Shown here piece by piece: positions 57,006-64,000 of a stretch of DNA of 64,000 nt. Below the pieces are notes generated by a model. It worked only from the letters and a program-made list of their open reading frames with translations. It had not been told where the DNA came from and did no database searches. Numbering within the stretch: the first letter of the stretch is position 1; each line of letters begins with the position of its first letter. A program made the translations under genes and the position numbers. The stretch comes from Candidatus Binatia bacterium (GTDB lineage: Bacteria > Desulfobacterota > Binatia > Bin18), in the NCBI GenBank assembly GCA_963664395.2, contig OY761159.2, positions 1,440,001 to 1,504,000 on the forward strand. The letters run 5' to 3'.

Positions 57006-57887
57006 TCACCTCGGCACCGAAAGCCCGCTGTCCCGCAGAATAGACGCATTCCTCCGATAAGGGACTCGTACTGAGATATCCTGAGCCCACTTCGAGAGTA
57101 GGAGAACGCTCTCAGATGCCTGCTCTGCACTACGTGCTTGGTTACGCATGGTCTTGGGGTTCAAGGCAACCGTGTCACTGCCTATCACAATGACATTCCC
57201 GCTCGGCACCGAGTAGGCCGTTGTGTGCATAAATGAGGCCGCAAACGTCTTCCGTGCGGCATCATATACGGGCGTGGAAGAGTGTAGATTAGAAACCACA
57301 AGTCCATGGGGATTCAAGTACGAACGGCATTCGGAGTAGAAGTCATATGTCAATAAATGAGTGGGAACCCCTGTAACTTGGTACGCATCAAGAAAAATGA
57401 GGTCATAGGCTGCACCGGACTCCGCTTCGCGTAAATACGACCTTCCATCGGCGAGGAAGATACGTTGGCGTTCGTCCGGTAGAAATCCAAAGAAGCGTTT
57501 AGCAACGTCAACAACGCAGGAGTCAAGTTCAACCGTATCAAGTTGCGCGGCTTCAAAAATATGGTGCAGCACCATTTGCAGCCGTCCCCCACCAAGGCCG
57601 ATAAACAGCATCCGCCGGGGTTGTGGACACCACATCAGCGCTAACAGCATCGCCCGTGTGTAAGGGGAAGGAAGGTCCAAGGGGTGGGAAGGGTCGAGCC
57701 GGGATTGGACTTCTTCAACGCGACTCTGCTGGTGTTGGTAGCACAGCAGAAGCTGCTCACGTCCTCTTCGGACGACAATATGGTTGTAGGGGGATCGTTC
57801 CTCAAACACGACGCCCGGCGGGGAGCGACGGAGTGGGGCAAGGCGACGGGTGATTTCCGTCAGGTTGTGTTCTTGCCACGGGGACAT
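57006..57887 (-). CDS. Spermidine synthase-like SAM-dependent methyltransferase
   Basis: PYTRAM, LFIGLGGG, VELD, DGRSYL, YDLIFLDAY, HLLT.DF. Confidence 0.88.
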   Translation of the reverse strand: MSPWQEHNLTEITRRLAPLRRSPPGVVFEERSPYNHIVVRRGREQLLLCYQHQQSRVEEVQSRLDPSHPLDLPSPYTRAMLLALMWCPQPRRMLFIGLGGGRLQMVLHHIFEAAQLDTVELDSCVVDVAKRFFGFLPDERQRIFLADGRSYLREAESGAAYDLIFLDAYQVTGVPTHLLTYDFYSECRSYLNPHGLVVSNLHSSTPVYDAARKTFAASFMHTTAYSVPSGNVIVIGSDTVALNPKTMRNQARSAEQASESVLLLSKWAQDISVRVPYRRNASILRDSGLSVPR

Positions 57888-57898
57888 GCCCCTTCGCC

Positions 57899-58318
57899 TT
57901 ATCGATTCTGGGTTGCGATCGCCAACCGATTGAGCCCTTCGGTGCGGGCGAGGTCCATGACCTGAACGACCCGATTATGGGTGACATCGCCGTCCGCCCG
58001 AATGACAAGCATCACGGCTGCGCCTTGGGCCTTTTCAACCTTAAAGCGGGCTTCGAGTTCTTCAATAGTCGTCGGGGTTTCACCGAGGAATAACTGGCCA
58101 TCCTTCTTCAAGCTCACACTCAGGCGCTTTTTTTCAACCGAGGGTTGTGCTGACGCGGCCTTGGGGAGGCTCACATCGACCTGGCCTTCACGCGTTTTCT
58201 GAAAGGTCGCCAGAAAACTGAACGTTATGAAGAAGAAGATGAACATATTGATGACGATATCGGTGAGCGCCAGCGGCTCCATACTCGTCAAAATCTTCGT
58301 CTCACGCTTAAACCGCAT
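57899..58318 (-). CDS. exbD: ExbD/TolR family biopolymer transport protein
   Basis: TM with conserved Asp (LTDIV), VSLPKA, IRAD, VVQVMD. Confidence 0.9.
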   Translation of the reverse strand: MRFKRETKILTSMEPLALTDIVINMFIFFFITFSFLATFQKTREGQVDVSLPKAASAQPSVEKKRLSVSLKKDGQLFLGETPTTIEELEARFKVEKAQGAAVMLVIRADGDVTHNRVVQVMDLARTEGLNRLAIATQNR

Positions 58319-59030
58319 GACGGGCTGGCTCCTGGGCTTGTAGTCGTACGGCCTCTGGGAGGGCTTCCTGCACGGTCGTGCCGGTCAGCGTATCGAGCAG
58401 TTCTTCGGTGCGCGCCTCGGTCAGACGGGTCAAATTCTGTACCCGCGAGGTCAGGTGGTTGTATAAAAGATAGTACGGGATCGCGACAGTCAGCCCTGCC
58501 GCGGTGGTCAACATGGCTTTATAAATACCACCAGCCAGAACACCAACAGTAATCTGGTCGCCCAATGTCTCCCAACTCATAAAGGCCTCAACCAGGCCAA
58601 TAATCGTGCCCAAGAAGCCCAGCATCGGCGCGACCCCGACCACACTTGCCAGGGCAGTCATATACGCCTCCAGCCCGACCACTACGTCGCCCCCAAACCG
58701 TTCCAGGCGTCGAGTCAGCTCCGCCCGCTTCTCAAAACGATACAGGAGGGCCGTCTCGAACAATCGGCCGAGCGGAGTGTTGTGCTCGCGGCAGACTTGG
58801 AGCGTAGCGTTCAGGGTCCCCGCTTGGTCAAGATTATTGCCAGAGCCCTGAATGAGGAGATTCAGTCGCTCGCACAGCCGATCAAGCTGAGATCGAAACC
58901 GCGCCAAGCCCCAAAACTTCGCAAGCACAATAGCCAGCGCAAAAATAGACAGGGCGATGATGATATACATCAAATTCCCACCCTGATCGATAAAATACAG
59001 TATTCCTGGTGAGTCCACCTGTGTTGGCAT
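58308..59030 (-). CDS. exbB: ExbB/TolQ/MotA proton-channel protein
   Basis: APMLGFLGTIIG, GGIYKAMLTTAAGLTVAIP. Confidence 0.9.
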   Translation of the reverse strand: MPTQVDSPGILYFIDQGGNLMYIIIALSIFALAIVLAKFWGLARFRSQLDRLCERLNLLIQGSGNNLDQAGTLNATLQVCREHNTPLGRLFETALLYRFEKRAELTRRLERFGGDVVVGLEAYMTALASVVGVAPMLGFLGTIIGLVEAFMSWETLGDQITVGVLAGGIYKAMLTTAAGLTVAIPYYLLYNHLTSRVQNLTRLTEARTEELLDTLTGTTVQEALPEAVRLQAQEPARHAV

Positions 59031-59135
59031 AGCGCGGTATATGTAGCGGAGTTCCCCTCTGAGGGGAAGGGTCTTGGGTCCGATACCCTGCTGAGACCTT
59101 TCCTTTAATGGTACGGGGAGGTAAAACTTTTTCGG

Positions 59136-59402
59136 ATGGGAAGAATAGTCGCAACAGTGGATGTCGAAAATTTCTCCGAAACCGACTCGGCCATGAAATT
59201 GGACGCCCTCGTTGATACAGGAGCAAGCTCCCTCACCTTACCCTCAGGCTGGAAGAGCCGGTTTGGCGCGTTTGCTTCGGAGGAGACAGTCGAACTGCAA
59301 ACAGCGACCCAAGAGGTCGTCCAAGGACCAATCTGTGGTCCGGTAAAAATAACCATAGAAGGGTTTCGGTCTATATATAATGATACCGAACGATTTGAAT
59401 GA
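59136..59402 (+). pseudogene. Retropepsin-like (clan AA) aspartyl protease, probably truncated at the C-terminus
   Basis: ALVDTGAS catalytic motif; ORF ends at 88 aa before the usual hydrophobic-hydrophobic-Gly psi-loop motif. Confidence 0.6.
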
Positions 59403-59466
59403 GAGAAGATCACCAAAGGACGCTGCCATGAGAGGCCACTTGAAAAGGTCCCACCCAATCACGGCC

Positions 59467-59991
59467 ATGCTTGCCCGCTGGCATTTTGTCCATCGCGCTT
59501 GTCTGGTTTTCCTTGGGGTCTGTGTTTTGTCTGTCTTTCCGGAGTCACTTCTTCGGGCTCAGCCGCAGAATGTGGACGTACAGGTCCGGCCATTAACCGC
59601 AATAGCCCCAGTGATCGCCGTCCCGCCGGGGAGAGGCTCCTCCGCTATACGCAGGACCACGGACGACATGCGCAGGGCCGCGGACGACAGGTGGGAGCGC
59701 GCCCGGGACAGTGAAAACTTTGTGGTGGAAGTGAAGATTAACAATGGGACCGACCGCGCCTATCTGCTCAAAGCCAATAAGGTCTCGTTACGCGCCGAGT
59801 CCGGCGAACGGGTGAGACCGCTGGAAGCAAGCGAAGAGAGTCCGACTCCTGTCCTCACGGACCAGACCATCGCGCCCGGCGCGGAAGTCCGTGGCTATCT
59901 CTCTTTCCCGCCTGGCTCCTATACAGGCGCACGGGGATTTCTCATTGAAGAGCAAACCCAGGCGAACGAGGGTTTTAGCGTAGACTTTTAG
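59467..59991 (+). CDS. Exported hypothetical protein with Ig-like beta-sandwich (DUF4352-like) C-terminus
   Basis: Hydrophobic signal segment, VVEVKINNGT, TIAPGAEVRGYLSF; start uncertain (59428 or 59467). Confidence 0.6.
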   Translation: MLARWHFVHRACLVFLGVCVLSVFPESLLRAQPQNVDVQVRPLTAIAPVIAVPPGRGSSAIRRTTDDMRRAADDRWERARDSENFVVEVKINNGTDRAYLLKANKVSLRAESGERVRPLEASEESPTPVLTDQTIAPGAEVRGYLSFPPGSYTGARGFLIEEQTQANEGFSVDF

Positions 59992-62329
59992 GCTTGGGCG
60001 CTGCGTCTACCTGTTCCTGGCGAATTGTCGGCGGCACAAACGCAGTCACGGGCGGCGGGTCGCCCTGGTAGCGTTCGACTTGAACCAAGGTGGTGTGCGC
60101 ACTGGGCCCCTGCCCCAGCTTTGAGGTGCCTTTGTCCAAAGTGAGAACATTCGGGTTGCCGTGTTTTTCCAATGACCCAGGCACCCCCGGTTCGAGCGGG
60201 TCATACCAGGCGCCCGTGGGAAGTTGGACAACACTCTTTTGGATGTTGGATGTCATGCGGACACCGGCCAGGCATTGCCCCCGGTCATTAAAGACCCGGA
60301 CAACATCGCCCTCGCTCAGTTCACGCGCTCGGGCATCGTCCGGGTGTATCCAGATGGGTTCACGCCCGGCGACTTTTAAGCTGCGACTGACCGATCCCTG
60401 ATCGAGTTGGCTGTGCAGACGTCCGACGGGTTGATTAGAAATCAGGTGGAGAGGGTACTCTGTAGCCTTGTCACTCCCCAGCCATTCGGCAGGCTCCATC
60501 CAGGTCGGGTGGGGTGGACAATCGTCGTAGTGATACGACGCAATCCGCTCTGACCAGATCTCGATTTTACCGGACGCAGTGTCCAACGGATGGGCGTTGG
60601 GGTCGGCCCGAAAAGCAGCCAGAAAGGGCGCGGGCTTGGATGGAGGAGGCAGTTCAAAATATCCGTCCGCCCAAAACTTCTCAAAGTCGGGCAAGGCAAA
60701 GCCACGTTCACTCGCGCGTTCGCGGGAGATAGCATAGAGATGGCGCAGCCAACCAGCTTCGTCTCGTCCTTCGGTAAACCCTTCTCGAAAGCCGAGGCGT
60801 TCGGCCAGATCCGCAAAAATAGCATGATCGTGCCGCGCCTCACCAACCGGTTCAATCGCCTGTTTATTGGCCACTACAAAGCCGTCGCGGGGCGTGCAAA
60901 CCAGGTCGTTGCGTTCGAGCGGTGTCGTCGCCGGGAAGATAATATCCGCGTGCCGCGCCATGGGCGTCCACCACGGCTCATGGACAATAATAGTTTCCGG
61001 CTTTTGCCAGGCCCGTAACAGGCGGTTCAAGTCTTGATGATGATGGAAGACGTTGCCCCCCACCCAGTAAACCAGGCGAATATCAGGGTATGTGGCTCTG
61101 CGTCCGTTATAGTCAAATTCCGCATTGGGATTCAGCAAAAGGTCGGCAATTCGGGCAACCGGGATGACATCCTCAACCGGATGGGCACAGCGGTCTAACG
61201 TGGCCCAGGGAATGCGGGAGGTCGAGTTTCCGACCGTTGCGACCGAAGAGTAGCCATAGCCGAAGCCGCCACCGGGTAAGCCGATTTGTCCCAAGATGGC
61301 GGCCAGCGTGATTGCCATCCAATAGGTCTGTTCACCGTGATCCGCGCGTTGCAGGGACCAGGCTATCGTGATCAGCGTTCGTCTGGCAGCCATACGCCGG
61401 GCAAGCGTGGTAATAGTCTCAGCCTTCAGGCCGGTTATACCAGCCGCCCAATGAGCGTCTTTGGGCTGTCCATCGGATTCGCCCGTCAGATACGGTCGAA
61501 ATCTCTCAAAGCCAACACAGTACCGCGCAAGAAAGTCGTCATCAGCCAAGCCCTCTGTGACCAGGGTATGCGCCAGACCGAGCATGAGCGCCACATCGGT
61601 GTTTGGCCGCGGGGTCAACCATTCGGCTTGCACAAAGTCGGCCGCGTCGTTTTTCAGCGGACCGATATTCAGAAATTCGACACCCGCCTGCCGACAAGCC
61701 GCAAGGCCCGCTCGGGTGCGATGCCGCGCCACTCCGCCGTAGGCTACCTGCGCGTTTTTGAGCGGCATCCCGCCAAACGCCACCACAAGTTCGGAATGCC
61801 GGGCGATGGTTTGCCATGAGGCTTGATCGACCAATAAGCGGAAAAAATTGCCCGCAATATAGGGCATGGCCACATCAGCCGCGGCGTGGCTGTAGGTGTT
61901 TATGGAACGCACAAAGCCGCCAAAGAGATTGAGGAAGCGATGCAGTTGTCCTTGGGGAAAATGAAACGAGCCAGCACTGCCCCAGCCGTATGAGCCGGCA
62001 TAGATCGCCCGGTTACTGAATGTGCTGCGGACGCGTTCGAGTTCGGCGGCAACAAGATCAAGCGCCCGCTCCCAACTCAGCGCGACAAAAGGCTCGCCGC
62101 CACGCCTGCCGCTTCCTGGCCCATTCTTGAGCCAGCCTTCTCGTGCCATAGGCTGGCGGATGCGCAGGTCGTCATTGACGGCTTCCACATACGAGCGCCC
62201 GAGCGGAGAAGGGTCCGGGTCTTCGGGCGTTGCATCCATGGCAACCAAGCGTCCCTCTTTGACCCGAGGCGCATAGCCACCCCAGTGGAAGGCGGAACGT
62301 GGATTTGCGGCGTTATCAGCGATTTTCAT
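59975..62329 (-). CDS. BisC/TorZ-type molybdopterin-guanine-dinucleotide S/N-oxide reductase, no Tat signal
   Basis: HWG, GSYGW.SAG, TYS (Ser ligand), QRADHGEQ, HHQDLNRL, RLHSQL, GNPNVLT.D.GTSKLGQG. Confidence 0.92.
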   Translation of the reverse strand: MKIADNAANPRSAFHWGGYAPRVKEGRLVAMDATPEDPDPSPLGRSYVEAVNDDLRIRQPMAREGWLKNGPGSGRRGGEPFVALSWERALDLVAAELERVRSTFSNRAIYAGSYGWGSAGSFHFPQGQLHRFLNLFGGFVRSINTYSHAAADVAMPYIAGNFFRLLVDQASWQTIARHSELVVAFGGMPLKNAQVAYGGVARHRTRAGLAACRQAGVEFLNIGPLKNDAADFVQAEWLTPRPNTDVALMLGLAHTLVTEGLADDDFLARYCVGFERFRPYLTGESDGQPKDAHWAAGITGLKAETITTLARRMAARRTLITIAWSLQRADHGEQTYWMAITLAAILGQIGLPGGGFGYGYSSVATVGNSTSRIPWATLDRCAHPVEDVIPVARIADLLLNPNAEFDYNGRRATYPDIRLVYWVGGNVFHHHQDLNRLLRAWQKPETIIVHEPWWTPMARHADIIFPATTPLERNDLVCTPRDGFVVANKQAIEPVGEARHDHAIFADLAERLGFREGFTEGRDEAGWLRHLYAISRERASERGFALPDFEKFWADGYFELPPPSKPAPFLAAFRADPNAHPLDTASGKIEIWSERIASYHYDDCPPHPTWMEPAEWLGSDKATEYPLHLISNQPVGRLHSQLDQGSVSRSLKVAGREPIWIHPDDARARELSEGDVVRVFNDRGQCLAGVRMTSNIQKSVVQLPTGAWYDPLEPGVPGSLEKHGNPNVLTLDKGTSKLGQGPSAHTTLVQVERYQGDPPPVTAFVPPTIRQEQVDAAPKPKSLR

Positions 62330-62409
62330 GAGCGATGACTTTTCCTCTGAGACACAATAAAGAAGGGGCACGATCCGCCGTACCCCTGACGGTGAGAACA
62401 AATAGAAGC

Positions 62410-63999
62410 TTATGTCCCACACGTTTGGCTGGCAAAGTCCTGAATTTTGGTCTTGAGACTTGTATCGCCAAGCCGTTTCAGCATTTTTTGGGCGCTACTG
62501 ACTGTCTTACACGCTTGGGTAGAGTTGCCGAGGGTGTCATTGAGCCGGGCGACTTCAAACGTCCCGCGAAACCAGAGCGGATCACCGACTTGGGTCCCCT
62601 TGAGCATCGCCTCCCACAGGGAGAGTGCACGTTTTTTGTTTCCCCGTACTTCAGAGATCTGGGCTAACCCGACAGTGGATACAATCGAATAGGCGCCCTG
62701 CTTTTGATCAAGGTCTTTATAGATAACCTCAGCCTTGTCGTATTGCTTGGTATCGAGATAGAGCTGGGCCAAGTCATAGTGGAAGCGATCCGGAGACTGA
62801 TCCTCCGCAAATTGGCCATCGCTCTTGAGCCATTCTTCATGCAGACGTGTCAGCGTCCGCTTGGCAACCAGTTCGTTGTCTGTATCATCCTGGCGGTGGA
62901 GTTTACGGATATCTCTTTCCAGGACGCCGGACAGTCCGGCGAGGAGTTCTTTTTGTTTTTCGGGCTGATAGCGCTCAAAAATAGTATCCACGTCTTTTGC
63001 GAGATCAGCATAGCGGCCGATTTTCTGCAACGCGACCAGCCGGGTCCGGACAACTGTTTCAAACGCATCAGGTTGCTTCGGGTATTTCTCTTCAAAGCCT
63101 TCGAGGAAAGAGACGATCTGTTCGGCGTGCGCGTCCATATCGTGACTCAGGTAGACCGCGTGCATCACGCTAACCTTGCCCGGATATTCACGATAGGGGT
63201 TCCGATTCACCAGTTTGGGACTGCTCTTGGCCAACGTCGCGCTGTTCTTCCAGTAGGCGTCCAGACTTGTGCCAATCCGCGTGCGGATATCGTCTTCACT
63301 CAGCCCACTACTCGTATCTCCATCTTCAAGAGCATGCAGGACCTCGAAGTACGACTGGAGCGTGGCATAGTCGGCTCGCACCCGGAACGCCGGCGCACCT
63401 CTCACCTTTTTATAGGCATCGGCTGCTTTCAAGTAATCCTCTTTGCCTTGATGATATTCACCCAGCCGGAAGTGCGCTTCGTAGATGGACCGATGCCTGG
63501 GGTATTGCCGCGTAAAGTCATGAATCGCCTTCACATACAGCGCGCCGTTCCGCTCACTTTGATTACTTGCGTATAACGACTCAGCCGACTTGAACTGAAA
63601 GTATTCCGCGTCAGACGCATGTGTGGTCTTTGCTCCTCCGTTGCTGAGGAAGGCGTCTAATTTATCTATGGCTTGTCGATACCGACGTTGTTCATACAGC
63701 CCCACGCCCAGGTAGTATTGAGCGTCTGTCTGATACACGGCAGCGTTGGGATCGTTTGAGGCGAGGACTTCCTCAAGAAAAGGAACCGCTTTGGCAAAGC
63801 GTCGTTTCTGCATGTGCTCTTTGGCTTTCAACCATGGCGGAAATGGATTTTCCTGCTCGGCGATGACGAGTTCTTCTTCCCGCGTCAGCTCCGCCTGCGT
63901 CAACGCCTCGGCCCGGTCCTTCCACTTGCCGCCGGCCTGTCGGAGTTCAAGAATCAATGCCATGAGTTGACCGCGCAACTGGCGGCGATTCTTGCCGCT
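62410..63999 (-). CDS. Large tetratricopeptide-repeat protein; 5' end lies outside the window
   Basis: Repeated TPR-like helices (AQYYLGVGLY, AHFRLGEYH, YDLAQLY); frame stays open to the window edge. Confidence 0.85.
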   Translation of the reverse strand, partial: SGKNRRQLRGQLMALILELRQAGGKWKDRAEALTQAELTREEELVIAEQENPFPPWLKAKEHMQKRRFAKAVPFLEEVLASNDPNAAVYQTDAQYYLGVGLYEQRRYRQAIDKLDAFLSNGGAKTTHASDAEYFQFKSAESLYASNQSERNGALYVKAIHDFTRQYPRHRSIYEAHFRLGEYHQGKEDYLKAADAYKKVRGAPAFRVRADYATLQSYFEVLHALEDGDTSSGLSEDDIRTRIGTSLDAYWKNSATLAKSSPKLVNRNPYREYPGKVSVMHAVYLSHDMDAHAEQIVSFLEGFEEKYPKQPDAFETVVRTRLVALQKIGRYADLAKDVDTIFERYQPEKQKELLAGLSGVLERDIRKLHRQDDTDNELVAKRTLTRLHEEWLKSDGQFAEDQSPDRFHYDLAQLYLDTKQYDKAEVIYKDLDQKQGAYSIVSTVGLAQISEVRGNKKRALSLWEAMLKGTQVGDPLWFRGTFEVARLNDTLGNSTQACKTVSSAQKMLKRLGDTSLKTKIQDFASQTCGT

Positions 64000-64000
64000 C

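Noticed and set aside
59975-62329. Tat-exported TMAO/DMSO reductase linked to tatBC
   Set aside because: No twin-arginine signal at the likely start and no cytochrome or chaperone partner; it fits a cytoplasmic BisC type.
1-64000. tRNA, rRNA, riboswitches, IS elements, prophage
   Set aside because: Intergenic gaps are short and I recognised no such structures or genes by eye; an Infernal/tRNAscan run would be needed to exclude small RNAs.

Overview
Gene-dense, roughly 55-60% GC (estimated by eye) bacterial chromosome segment. The gene content (five CaiB/BaiF CoA-transferases, an Amidohydro_2 enzyme, APH-like kinases, DUF4911, DUF3553, type-2 IleRS, a split nuo locus) suggests a deltaproteobacterial-grade organism such as Binatia; this is inference only. 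In order: a partial complex I operon (nuoA-C-D-E-H-J-K-L-M-N, without nuoB/F/G/I), cobS, LysR, an AGCS symporter, an ApbA-like reductase, CoA-transferases, tatBC, a histone deacetylase, terC, purC, RavA/ViaA-like genes, an XPB-like helicase, DUF4301, treT, rmlBAC, uppP, an ECF sigma/anti-sigma module, a GldAFG-like ABC cluster with DUF4340, two glycine-zipper lipoproteins, ileS, exbBD, a BisC-like molybdoenzyme and a TPR gene cut by the window edge. There are two small accessory islets. The first (20.7-22.3 kb) holds the most striking feature: a CRISPR-independent Cas4-like nuclease split over two overlapping genes. Each half has a transmembrane helix at the split point and the four Fe-S cysteines are divided 1+3. 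It is followed by an orphan HigA-like antitoxin and a decayed toxin-antitoxin pair. The second islet (24.5-25.8 kb) is an HNH/PIN/antitoxin/zinc-finger stack. I found no rRNA, tRNA, CRISPR array, transposase or integrase. All family calls come from motif recognition by eye, not database searches.
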